A DNA stretch of 64,000 bases from NCBI GenBank assembly GCA_951406725.2, contig OX597814.1:72478001-72542000 (forward strand), given 5' to 3'. The position numbers and the translations under genes are program-made. This DNA comes from Octopus vulgaris (lineage: Eukaryota). The notes under the pieces were generated by a model that was given only the letters and a program-made list of their open reading frames with translations, did not search any database and had not been told where the DNA came from. Shown in pieces: positions 13,920 through 25,689 of this stretch. How positions within the stretch are numbered: position 1 is the stretch's first letter; every line of letters begins with the position of its first letter.

Positions 13920-15840
13920 GAAAGAAGAACACCTGTATTTTATGGTCTCCCTAAAATACACAAAATGTTTTAAAGATTTCCTCTAATGTGCCCAATTTGC
14001 AGTGGATGTGAATGCTGTACAGCCAAGATTTCAGAATGGCTTGATGGCTTGATTCACTGTCGCAAAATGATCAAGTTCCTATATTCAGGATACTTTTGAT
14101 TTTGTGTCTAAAATCAACAACTTTTTTAAGCACAGAAGCCATGTCGAAAACTGTTTTTTGGTAACCATGAATGTTTCTTCCTTATATCCCAATATTGATC
14201 ATGATGAAGGGGTAGAAGCATGCATGAATACCTTTGAAAAACGATCAACAAAAGTGTTCCATCAAATTTTGTCTGTAGGTTTTGAGGCTTGTGTTACATA
14301 GTAACACAATGAAGATTGGACAAAACTTTTACCACCAGATGTGGAGGTTTCACCATGGATATCCCCATGGCAGTTAATTTCGCTAATGTCTTCACAACAA
14401 AATTCAAGACACAGTTACTGAAGACATTCAAATCCTGACATGGTTTTGAACCAATACTCTGATTACAGTTCACTGATGATGTCTTCTTTGTCTGGGAAGG
14501 ATCACAGGATAGTTTAATGAACTTCTTGCATTTCGGTGACTGTTATGCTAAAAACTATGGCTTTAACTCAACATAAAATTTATGTCTATTTTTTCAAAAA
14601 CTAGAATTGAATCTTTGGACACAAAAGAAGTTGTTTTCTGGAAGCAGAATAGGGACAGAGTTATTTTGCAAGCCCACATTATCCCACATTTACCTCCACC
14701 GCCACTCCAATCATCCACATCATATAATTTGATCAAATTTGAAATTCTAAGTTTTGAAGATTAAACAGATTTGTACTGACATAGGGGATTACTGGAAACA
14801 TCCAAATGCTTTTTTTTACACCATTATGTCAAATGCAGTTACAGTGAATCATGATTGAAGGAAATAGCAAATGAGATAGCGAAGATTAGCAAAGAAAGTC
14901 AAACCTTCACACATAATTTTCGCAAACACAATAGATGACAGAATTCCTTTAGCAATTAACTGGTACCGAAATTTTGCTGGCATTTCAAAAGTGTTGCATG
15001 AAAGTTATCAGCATGCTGCAGAAAAATATCCTTGTTTCAAACAGATATTTCCTCACCCACCTATTATAGCCTTTAGACAGAATAAAAATATAAGTGCATT
15101 ATTGACCTCTATTTCTGCACATTGTATCTTGAAAAGCAGCCACAAGAGAGGTAAGCCCTGTTCATTGTGCAACCACATGAGTCAAGTGAATTCCATCAGG
15201 AGTCATAACAAATGTTATCATTTATAAAGAAGGTGGAGATTCCCATTTGGTGTACATGGAAAAATGCATGAAACACAACTTGATTTAAGTTGGTTGTACA
15301 ACAGAACAATTAAATAAAAGATTTAATGGACACATATATGACATCAGGCACAATAACGGTAGTTTGATAGAATTTGCTGAACATTTTGCTTCAAACAGCT
15401 GCACTTTTGAAAAAGACTTGAAAGTGCATATTCTCAGAAAATGTTCTGAATCTGCTACACTTTCAATTTTCAAAATGCATGGAGAGAAATGAATAAAATG
15501 ACAGAAGAATTTCATCAAATTTATTCAAAACTGTTTTATTAAATATTCTTCTTTTTTTCCTTTTCTTTTTTGCTTTCCTTTTTTCTTTTGTTTTTCCTGT
15601 CTTTTTCTCTTCACCAGTTATAAAATTGAAACTTAAAGACTGATGATGTCATTCTATCAACATATGGATGCTGTTTGGTCTTGTTCATATTTTAGATCTG
15701 AATTTCTGTAATTTTGAATTTTTATCACTCTTTATTTTGTATTTGACCAAGACAGGCTTCCTGTCGAAATATTGTTCAACCAATAAAAATATCTATTACA
15801 ATTGCATCATGCTCTTCATTTTGCCTGATTACCTTTGTGA
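13920..15840 (+). mobile_element. Decayed Penelope-like element (RT + GIY-YIG + pLTR)
   Basis: FYGLPKIHK, LVTMNVSSLYPNIDHDEGVEAC, PMAVNFANVF, FTDDVFFVWEG, PPIIAFRQNKNI, C..C and VGCTTEQLNKRFNGH. A degenerate HHR follows at 15743-15777. Confidence 0.85.
15743..15777 (+). ncRNA. Degenerate hammerhead ribozyme motif
   Basis: TTGACCA (mutated CTGANGA)-A-GACAGG-CTT-CCTGTC-GAAA-TATT. Stem II is perfect and the motif lies downstream of a PLE GIY-YIG. The core is mutated. Confidence 0.5.
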
Positions 15841-17496
15841 AGAGTTACGTCAGTCCTTTTAAAATTCAGCAGCAGTAGTAGTAGCAGCAGCGGCAGCTGC
15901 TGCTGCTGTTGCTGTTGTTGTTGTTCATTACTGACTTTGATTGCTAATATAACATGATAAATGTTGTGATTATCAGGCTGATGAAAGCTAAAAAAGATTC
16001 AACAGAAAAGGCATTTGATATTAAGGGAAATAATATAATAAGGTATCGCAGTAATATTAATGAAAATGATATGATAATAGGAAGGCATTCTGGATGCCTT
16101 ATTATTATTATATACAGGCTGAAAGGATTGAATGTAAACAACTAGTTGAGCAGTGATTGTCACATGCCATGTGACAAAATGAACTCAGAAATTAAACTTA
16201 GCTGGAAACTAAACAACTCTCTGCTTCTTCTTCACCTACAAAGCAATATGTGTAAAGTAATGTGTTCATTACACATTTAATTTACTGACATAAGGGGACT
16301 TCAAGATCCTGCGGTGTTTTGTCCTTGTGCGTTTGATTTGGTTAGAACATATTAAGACTGAATAGATATGTTATTGTTTGGATTCTCTCTGTTCTGCCTA
16401 CATCCCATGAATTATTACCCATTTGGCAGACATCAGCACAAATTAGTTAATAGTTTGTTTGCTGATTCCTATAAGCAAGAGTTCATGTTCTTGTGAGATT
16501 CATTAGTTTGAAATAATTTCAACTGAAGACATTATTTACATTATTTACAATTGATGGATATTTGTCCTCATCTTGTTTGTTGTTAACACGTTTCACCTGA
16601 TATACCCTCCAGCTTTCTCAGGTGTCTTGGGGAAATTTTGAATCTTGGTTCTCATTCCTAAGGTATTTTTCTATGTTGTTGTTGTTGCTGTTGTTCCTAG
16701 AATCGAACTTGGAATCTTGGGGTTAGTAGCCCATGCTCTTAACCACTACATCATATGCCTGTGGGCAATTATGGAGTGAATTTTAGGGCTTATAAATCTA
16801 ATATTCTCCTATCCTTCCTTAATACTGGTTCCCATATGCTGTTCATATCTGCATTCGGTCTGCTTAGGAGGTTGTTGTGTCCTAGCAATGTGCTGCTTCT
16901 TTTAGTTTCCGTATTTTCCAGTGCTGTTCTCTGTCTGACCAGCTATACCTGATTTATCAATGTCTTCCCGTGTCACAGCTTCGCAATGTTCCTCGACCCT
17001 TATTTTGAGGGGTCGGCATATTTTGCCTTTGTATAACCTACCACAGCAGCGTGGGATGGAGTACATGCATATGACATCAGGACAGTATTCAAATGTAATA
17101 CAACACTTCGCAAATATTTCCTTCAAGTAAAACCACCAATAGAAGAGACTATGACCAAAGACTGCGTGTACTCCAACCCATGCAGCTGTGGTAGGTTATA
17201 CAAAGGTGAAACAAACTGCCCCCCCAAAATAAGGGTAGTGGATATTGATAAATTGTGTATAGCTGAACATGTATGGAAAAATGGAGACCACCTCCCCTAG
17301 TGGGATGAAGTTAAAATAATAGACAGAGAACACCTGGAAAATATGAAAACTAAAAGAAGCAGCACATATGCTAGGACTTAACAACCTCCTAAGCAGACTG
17401 AGTGCAGATATGAACAGCATATGGGAACCGGTATTAAGGAAGGATAGGAGAATATTAGACTTATAAGCCCTAAAATTCACTTCATAATTGCCCACG

Positions 17497-17566
17497 AGGA
17501 TATGTCATAGCGGTTGAGAGCACAGGCTCCTAACTCCAAGATTCCGAGTTCGATTCCAGGCAGCGA

Positions 17567-17568
<2 letters not shown>
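17497..17568 (+). other. tRNA-derived (A/B-box) segment embedded in the PLE 3' region
   Basis: TAGCGGTTGAGAGCA (D-arm/A-box-like), CTCCTAA loop, GAGTTCGATTCC B box, followed by (AAT)n. Acceptor stem poorly paired. Confidence 0.7.
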
Positions 17569-17622
<54 letters not shown>

Positions 17623-17669
17623 TCAAAAAATACCTTAGGAACGAGAACCAAAGTTCGAAATTTCCCCAA

Positions 17670-17715
17670 GACACCTGATGAAGGCTGGAGGGTATATCAG
17701 CCGAAACGTATTAAC
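17670..17715 (+). ncRNA. Hammerhead ribozyme motif (stem I/III damaged); mirror copy 16585-16626 on -
   Basis: GACAC-CTGATGA-A-GGCTG-loop-CAGCC-GAAA-CGTA. Core and stem II are intact. The 3' strand of stem I is mismatched here and reads GTGTT in the mirror copy, whose core is damaged. Confidence 0.7.
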
Positions 17716-18077
17716 AACAAACAAGATGAGGACAAATATCCGTCAAATGTAAATAATGTTAATAATCTACATAATTCTTCATTTCTTAAATATAGAACTG
17801 TATTATTCAACTGAAGAGATGCACAATGTGGAGGCTCAAAGTCCTCTTACACAGATTAATCAGGTGTGTTATTAGAACACATTTAAAGCAGATGTCCTCT
17901 GATGGCAAATAACTGCAGTTATCAGATAGTCAAGTTTGAATCTGCCAGAACATGTTAAGAATGAATATAAATGTTAATATTGTAATAAATTTATTACAAA
18001 TTATTACTGTAAATTTTAAATGTATTTTAATTTTTAAAAAAATTTTATCTATTTCTTATTTTCTCTGAACATCTTAG

Positions 18078-18244
18078 GCATTTATGGACACAGTGCAGTA
18101 TATCACCTTGCTGTTGCTACAATTTACATTTATGGAGGAATGCTTTTTACAAAATATTACAAGTTTCATCCTTCAAAAGAATTATATACATTTGACGTTG
18201 ACAAATTGCAATGGAACATTCTGCAGGCATCAGATGAGAGAATG
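18078..18244 (+). CDS. MEGF8: MEGF8-like internal exon C (Kelch repeat)
   Basis: tcttAG acceptor and ATG|GTAAAT donor. (G)IYGHSAVYHLAVATIYIYGGMLF...ELYTFDVDKLQWNIL resembles MEGF8 GLYGHSAVYH. Phase 1 to 0. Confidence 0.92.
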
Positions 18245-18722
18245 GTAAATATTTTCCATTTGAAAGAAATGTTTTTCTTTTTTTTTTCAGTTTTGGAAGA
18301 GGACATGTTTCTTTTCATTTTCCATTTGTTTTTCCAAACTTGCATTTATTTCAATGATTTGCAAATTTGGAAAGTTATATGTTGGTATTTCATTTATTTG
18401 TGAAGTTGTAAAAATATCTAGTAATTACAAATTCAGTATGCTGCATTGATTATATACACACATACTAGTATACACATATATGTATTTGTGTATACACATC
18501 TATAAATGTATACAAATCTACATGTATAAAGAAATAGCAACATATGCACAGAAACACATTTTTAAAAATATATTTTCATATATGCATATATATATTTATA
18601 CACACACACACAATAGTTATTAGCAATGGAAGTAATTAATACTGAATAACAATCTTTATATCCTTCTTAATGAGGATATGTTTTAACAATACCATAATAC
18701 TCTGAAAAAGATTACTTAATAT

Positions 18723-18891
18723 AGGCGCAGGAGTGGCTGTGTGGTAAGTAGCTTGTTTACCAACCACATGGTTCCTGGTTCAGTCCCCACTATGTGGCAC
18801 CTTGGGCAAGTGTCTTCTACTATAGCCTCGGGCCGACCAAAGCATTGTGAGTGGATTTGGTAGATGGAAACTGAAAGAAGCCTGTCGTATG

Positions 18892-18934
<43 letters not shown>

Positions 18935-19168
18935 ATATGTGTGTGTGTTTGTGTGTCTGTGTTTGTCCCCCTAGCATTGCTTGACAACCGATGCTGGTGT
19001 GTTTATGTCTCCGTCACTTAGCGGTTCCGCAAAAGAGACCGATAGAATAAGTACTGGGCTTACAAAGAATAAGTGCCGGGGTCGAGTTGCTCGATTAAAG
19101 GCGGTGCTCCAGCATGGCCACAGTCAAATGACTGAAACAAGTAAAAGAGTAAAAGAGAGAGTAAAGAG
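18723..19168 (+). mobile_element. tRNA/CORE-type SINE family B with internal microsatellite
   Basis: TGGCTGTGTGGTAAG A box, GGTTCAGTCCC B box, CORE-like GGCACCTTGGGCAAGTGTCTTCTAC, internal (TA)n(TG)n, tail GAAACAAGTAAAAGAG repeats. Other copies at 30830-30988(-), 31571-31955(-), 42061-42310(+), 51845-52110(-). Confidence 0.85.
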
Positions 19169-19638
19169 TAATCTCTCAATGAGCTGCCATTGTCATAAAT
19201 TGTTAAAGGAACAATCAATATCTGAAGCTGCCTATGTGCAGATTTGTAATTACATACTTCCTGTTGGTTAAGTAGGATATAAAAATTGCTGTTTGGTATT
19301 GATACTGCTTCCATCACTAATAATTTTTTTTTCAGCTTGCTAACTGTTTGTGACACCAGTAACTCAGTGTCTTATTAGGCCCTATTTTTCTATATAGCAA
19401 TATGGATCAAGTTTGGCTAGCATGCAGTGATTGCAGATACCTGCTGCTAATGACATGCAAACATATAGAAATCATGTGATCTAGCAATTCCACTGATGGT
19501 GCTGGAAATTTATTGTCTGCTACTAGTGCTTTTAAGCACTAAATATCTACATGACATGCTTTCTTAAGAGGAATATGGCATTTTGAACTATATCCATGTT
19601 AAGTAGGTTATAAAGAATAGTCTGTGTGTGTGTGTCTA

Positions 19639-19694
<56 letters not shown>

Positions 19695-20035
19695 GCTGAG
19701 TTAATATGTTAAATTTTTCTTTGCTCATTTGCCTGATTTCTGTTGGTCTGTTATGATTTTTCATTGAGTTTGGTGGCTTGTTTGAGTATTGTAACTCTTA
19801 TTTCTAGTAAGCTGGTACTTCGTGTACCCTGTGTTATAATTAGTTATTAATTATAAAATTTTATATAATTATATATATATATATATATAGTCAACAGGTG
19901 AGATCCAGAGGTGTTCAATATAGAAAACATATGATAGTGCTCACACGATTTAAACTTATACTCCAACGTCTTTATCAAGAACTAAGTCCATGGGGTAAAG
20001 AGTGGTTATAAAAGGAATCCAGGTGAGATGATATG

Positions 20036-20553
20036 GAGATAGTGATGCAAATAAACACACTTGGGCTTGATATATAAAATATATGTACATACATATACAC
20101 ATGTAAATATATATAGGGATATACATAGAGAGAGAAACAATAACTGAAAATATTCAAATGAATGCTTGTGTTTAAGCATATAGATATATATAAATTTACA
20201 GAACAAATTTACATGGAGTACAAAAATATAGAAAACAAAGGAGAGAGGGCATGTTATTCCTGGTCTGACAACACATTCCACATATTAACAATTAAACTAT
20301 TATGTAATTGTGTGACCCCAGAAACAGCTGTTGGACCTGAAATATCATGCCCTCTCTTGTTTTCTGTATTTTTTGTACTCCCTGTAAATTTGTTCTGTAG
20401 ATATATGAATATTTATATGCTTATACATGAGTGTTCATCTGAATATTTTCAGTTTTTGTTTTTCTATATATCTATATATATTTACATGTGTATATGCATG
20501 TATGTATATTTATGTAGATTTCATATATCAACCCCAAGTGTGTCACTATATCT
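20036..20553. repeat. Diverged inverted repeat (~230-bp arms, ~55-bp spacer), PLE-pLTR-like
   Basis: GGGCATGTTATTCCTGGTCTGACA pairs with TGTTGGACCTGAAATATCATGCCC, and CACACTTGGG with CCCAAGTGTG. A GAAACAGCTGTT HHR half-site lies at ~20319. Confidence 0.8.
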
Positions 20554-20639
20554 CTCTTTCTCTTTGTCTCTCTCTCTATCTGTGTATGTGTATACAGATT
20601 GGTAGAAAGGCAGATTGTATGATGCTTGTGTCACTGCTA

Positions 20640-21030
20640 CATGGCTGTAAAACTGAGGCCATTAATGCAGAAAACATGTAAAGACTTAAAAGAAATGAAA
20701 CATGTATGCTCCAATGAGTGTGCAATATCTATGTGCTTGTACAATAATGTATAGATATGCTTAAAGGAAAACTGGGCATAAGAGGCATCAGATGTTGTGT
20801 TCAGGAGAAAAAATTGCGTTGGTATGGTCATGTGATGTAGATGGGTGAAGACAGATGTATAAAAAAGTGCTGATTGTTAAACTTGAACAAAACAGATGGA
20901 AGAGGAAAACCTAGGAAGATTTGAGACAAAGTAATGAAGACTGACTTCAAGATGTTGAGCCACTCAGAGGAGATGACAGGAGACCTAAAGTAATGGTCTT
21001 ATACTGTCCTTGAGAGAATCCATCCATCTC
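20640..21030 (+). mobile_element. Old RTE LINE 3' fragment
   Basis: Similar to 54020-54400 (TWAVTAED, LRWYGHV, GRGKPRK). Confidence 0.7.
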
Positions 21031-21580
21031 AGCAGAATTGAGGTTCTGTCAAGCCTTCTCCCACAACTCATCTATTTTTTTTACTTCCTGCTATACTGAA
21101 CTTATATCTTGTGCATCAAACTTATTCCCTATCTCTAATCATCAATCACACTATTTTCACTCAGTGCACTTCCTATTCTGCCTCATATTCATGTTGTACC
21201 TGGATCTCATATCTCTTTCTTTCTCTCTCTCTTTTTCTTTCTCACTTTCCAGGTGGGTAAGCCATATATTCACCTCTTCAGCAAGCGATCTGCTTCTCTC
21301 CTTCTTTAATTTCTTTCTCTAGTCTGTAGCCCTCTAACTTGAGGGGTTTTATTATGTGGGTACTTGGCAGCCTCAATGGCGTTAATGTCATGCCAAGATC
21401 ACCCAGTATACTTTAAGTGGTTGGCATTAAGAAGGGCATCCAACTGTAGAAACCATGCCAAGGCAGACATAAAACTCAGTGGAACCCTCTGTTCTTATCA
21501 AACCATTCAGTCCATGCCAGCATGAAAAAAGGGATGTTATATGATGATGATTCCACTGCTTCTGCCAATGCTGATGACGG

Positions 21581-22468
21581 CATAGGGTGTCCAGGCTAAA
21601 TTTGACAGCTTACATAAAAGGAAAAGAAAACACAGTATTCCATCCAAAAATAAAAGTATTTTTAAAAAATTCAAAAAATATCCAGGTTATAGCTAGAAGA
21701 TAACACTTTACTCAAAGTTGCTGCCCTCAGCTTCCACCATGACCTCAGTATTGCTCCAGAACCTGTCACATGTGTTCCTGACTGTTTACCTGGGAAGGTC
21801 TTCAAACACCTTGATCTTGGCCTGGTGTTGCAAGTAGAACAATTTGTGCTTTCTCAAGCAAGCCCCACACAACAGTAATCCACTAGATTACAATCATGAG
21901 AACTAGGAGGGCAGAAATTGAAGCTGGTGCAGTTGTAGAAATTCTTTGGTAACCACTACTGGCTCTTTCTGGAGAAATGGCAAGGGGTTAGATTCTGCTG
22001 GCATGCATATGGTCTTCCAGTTGCAACCCTCCCCAGCCAGAGATTAACCAGTCTCCAGCAGCTTCATGTAGCTACCTGCATTGAGCCTAAAGCTATGTTC
22101 AAAGATGTGGATATATATATTCTGGCATGCAGATGCAGTTAGAATGCCTGCTGTATCCTTTCCTGCTGAACATGGCTCTGTAGTCTCCACTGCAGCTGTC
22201 CATGTCACATCTTACAGCCTTTACTGTGTTCACTGAGCATTGAGCAGCTATCATGATGACACCTATGTCAAATCCTCACAATACAAGTAACTCTTTTCCA
22301 ATATTCAGATGGTTTCCTGTCCTCCATGTCAGCTGACTTTGTCTCAACTACAGCGTTAATTTTTATGCTCTCCAATGCCATTGACTGTTCAGCAATACAT
22401 CAAGCTGTTTCTTGATAAAGATAAAAAGAGACCAAAACACCCATCAAATTTAGTCCCAACATCCTGTA
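21581..22468 (-). mobile_element. Decayed Tc1/mariner-superfamily (mariner/maT-like) DNA transposon
   Basis: Imperfect TIRs: AGGGTGTCCAGGCTAAATTTGA on the left and TCAAATTTAGTCCCAACATCCTG on the right. Minus strand reads GRPYACQQNLTPCHFSRKSQ and FCPPSSHDCNLVDYCCVG, similar to WPPxSPDxNPxDY. Confidence 0.75.
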
Positions 22469-23029
22469 TACCAGTATATACAACTCCGGTATATACAACA
22501 TACATCTGAGTATGACCACTTTTTGGAAAGTTGTAAATTCCTTGAATGTTAACAGTACAGAACAGTGGAGTTGCTGGTCAATTTCAGAACTAGCCGAGAT
22601 TTGTGTTGACCGCTTTTTCTAGGTCCTTCCTGGTTAATAGGTGAGTAGTATTATCCTGCTGAAAGGCTACTTAGTTACTCAAGGTGTTGCCAAATCTCTA
22701 TATTACCATAGTTTGTTAGGAAATGACCACTATCTGAAGCTGCCTATGTGTAGGTTTGCTATTACATATTTCTTGTTACTACAGGACTTAGCGAGAAATT
22801 CATAATGTATTTTTCAAGAAGTTTCTGTGCATGAAATTAATTATAACGAATGAAGCCTGGAAAGAACTATGCACATGTATATGCATGTATATATAGAGAA
22901 GTGCTGTTAGCAAGGTGACAGAAATAAGTAATGAATTTAGTGCATCAGCAAGTGTCTGAAGAGCTTGTTTTTTTAATCTCTTATATATTTTAGTTTTCCA
23001 GGCCAGGGTAGAGGAGTTGAAAACAATTT

Positions 23030-24030
23030 CTTTAAGATCACTTGTTTGCCGATAATGTAATTCTCATAGCTGAATCTGTCAAAGAATTAGAGAAGAAATT
23101 CTAAATATGGAGGCAAAGTCTAGATTGAAGAGATCTTAAAGTAAACTTAGCAAAGTTTAGTTAGCTGGAAAGAAGACCAGACTCTGCTGCCTTTAGGGAG
23201 GTAGTCAAAGTCAATAAACAAAGAAGGAGCAGACTTTAGGGAGGTAGTATAACTCAATACACAAAGAAGGAGCCGGAAAGGACTCTGAACAGTGTATCAA
23301 ATGAAAACTATGATTACTTGAATGATGAGATGGGTTAAAAAGCAAGCTGACTGAGAAATACTTTGTATGCAGCAAATGCACAGTAATTGTAACCAGTGTA
23401 AGTATCTATGAAATGAATTGTTTTTAACATCTGGAAAGTTCCATTGATAGTTTCTGATGCCTCTATGACTCAATTATCAGTGGAGGTGGGTGTTTCAAAA
23501 GTAGAGTAACCAAAGTAAGAATGGTGTAAAAAAATGCTCAAGGAATTATTATCTCTGTTGGCAACAAAAGAATTTCTCTGCAAGTGAAGAGTAGATTGCA
23601 TTATGTTCATATACTAAGTACACTGTTGTATAGTGGTAAAACATGGGTCTAAATGTGGTGAACTAGAAAGAAATTCAGCAAGTGTACTCTGCAGGTTGTG
23701 TGATGTTAGTGTGCATGAACGACAGCAGAAACGATCTAAGAGAAAAACTGAGTCTAAGAGGAATCAGATGTAGTTTGCTAGAGAGAAGACTATATCAGTC
23801 CAGATATGTGTTATGTATGGAGGATGACAGTTGGGTAAAGAACTGCCAAGCAGTTCAAGTGGAAAGAACCTGTGAAAGAAGAAGACTGAAGAAGTTGTGA
23901 AAAGTGTTCTGAAGCAGTTAAACTTTATAAACTTGACAAAGTGCTGCAATGAATGGTGAGTTATTATGCTGTGGATGACTAGCCCAGTCTGTGTATGCAT
24001 GAAAATGTAAATGTAAAAATGATGATGGCA
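23030..24030 (+). mobile_element. Old RTE LINE RT/3' fragment
   Basis: LFADNVILIAESVKELEKKF...LREKLSLRGIRCSL...MEDDSWVK, ending in GATGATG. Homologous to the 24280 and 53550 copies. Confidence 0.75.
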
Positions 24031-24279
24031 GTGTTAATAATAATCATGACATATCCTTTTGTGAAAACCAGTTTTACACCTTCACATTGAATTTTCTTCA
24101 TGCTTATGCTAGCTGAGCATTATATTAAACCCTGTCGTAGTAGAACACTGTATTCATAAAACACTACTTGTAATTCAAGAACATTACATTTTTTCTGTCT
24201 TGCATGATGTTTCTGGCCAGAATAGACACCTTATTGCAGTAATAATTACTGTTATCATACAAATAATTTCAGAGGTATC

Positions 24280-25660
24280 AAGTTGTTGGATCAGGTAATT
24301 AAAGTCACGGAGAGAGTCATAGCCTAACTAATTAGGGAGAGAATTAGTTTAGACAAGATGCAGTTTGGGTTTGTGCCAGGGAAAAGCACCACTGGTAAGA
24401 CAGCTGCAGGAGAAATACCTAGACAAAGATAAACCTCTGTACTTGGCTTTTGTTGACATGGAGAAAGCCTTTGACAGAGTTCCCTGATCCCTTATCTGGT
24501 GGTCAATGAGGAAACTAGGGATAGATGAATGGTTAATGAGAGCCGTGCAAGCCATGTACAGGGATGCTGTCAGTAAGGTGAAGGTTGACAACAAGTATAG
24601 TGAAGAATTCTGGGTAGGGGTAGGGGTCCAACAGAGGAATTCAAGACAGGATGCCCCTGGGAGCTACTCTATTATTCTAATAGCTGAGTCACTATCAGAA
24701 CTAGTTTCAAGTGTGAAAGCAAGGTCTAGAATCAAAGGGCCTTAGAGTCAATCTAGCTAAAACCAAAGTCCTAATAAGTAGGAAGGCAGGCAAACCACAA
24801 ATCCCTTCAGGTAGTTGGCCCTGCTCGACATGTAGAAAAGGCATATGTAGAAACTCCATAAGATGTATCTGGTGTAAGCTATGGACACATAAGAGGTGCA
24901 GCAATATCAATGGAAGGCTAACTGGGAAGATAGTTTTTGTGTGTGGCAAATGCTCAGGAATAATAAACCCTGAAAATGTGTAGAAAACAGCTTCTGTCAC
25001 ATGCCAGGGGAAAAAAACTAGAAGTAGTTGATAGCTTCCATTACCTAGGTGACCAAGTCAGTAGCGGGAGTGGATGATCTGAGTGTGTAGCTACTAGAAT
25101 AAGAATTACCTGGGCAAAGGTCAGAGAGCTCCAACCTCTGCTGGTGACAAAGGGCCTCTCACTCAGACTAAAAGGTAGACTGTATGATGCATATGTGTGA
25201 ACAGCCATGCTACACAGCAGTGAAACATGGGCTGTGACTGCTGAGGACATGTGTAAGCTTGCAAGAAATGAAGCTAGTATGCTCTGCTGGATGTGTAATG
25301 TCAGTGTGCATACACATCAGAGTGTAAGTGCCCTGAGAGAAATGTTGGACATAAGAAGCATCAGATGTTGTGTGCAAGAGAGATGACTACACTGGTATGG
25401 TCATGTGTTGCATATGGATGAGCACCATTCAAGCATGGTCGATGCCAGTACTGCCTGACTGGCCTTTCTGCTGGTGGCACGTAAAAAGCACCCACTACAC
25501 TCTTGAGTGATTGGTGTTAGGAAGAGTATCCAGCTGTAGAGACCTTGTCAGATCTGATTGAAGCCTGGTACAGCTTTCTGGCTTGCCAGTCCTCAGTCAA
25601 ACTGTCCAACCTAAGCCAGCATGGAAAGCAGACATTAAACAATGACGATGATGATGATGA
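24280..25660 (+). mobile_element. RTE-clade LINE, 5'-truncated and internally deleted
   Basis: MQFGFVPGKS, LAFVDMEKAFDRVP, FHYLGDQV, AMLHSSETWAV, HWYGHVLHMDE, with a (GAT)n tail at ~25642-25660. Confidence 0.9.
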
Positions 25661-25689
25661 TTACTACTCAGTTAGATCATCGTGCCAGC

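Larger units (their letters stand above)
16530..17805. mobile_element. Penelope-like insertion with inverted 3' duplication, flanked by 12-bp direct repeat
   Basis: 16530-17068 is the diverged reverse complement of ~17163-17767. The + copy encodes KDCVYSNPCSCGRLYKGET (GIY-YIG). TTCAACTGAAGA occurs at 16518-16529 and 17806-17817. Confidence 0.88.

Noticed and set aside
17497-17568. Functional tRNA-Arg(CCT) gene
   Set aside because: The acceptor stem does not pair, the mirror copy has a different anticodon loop, and it is embedded in a repeat.
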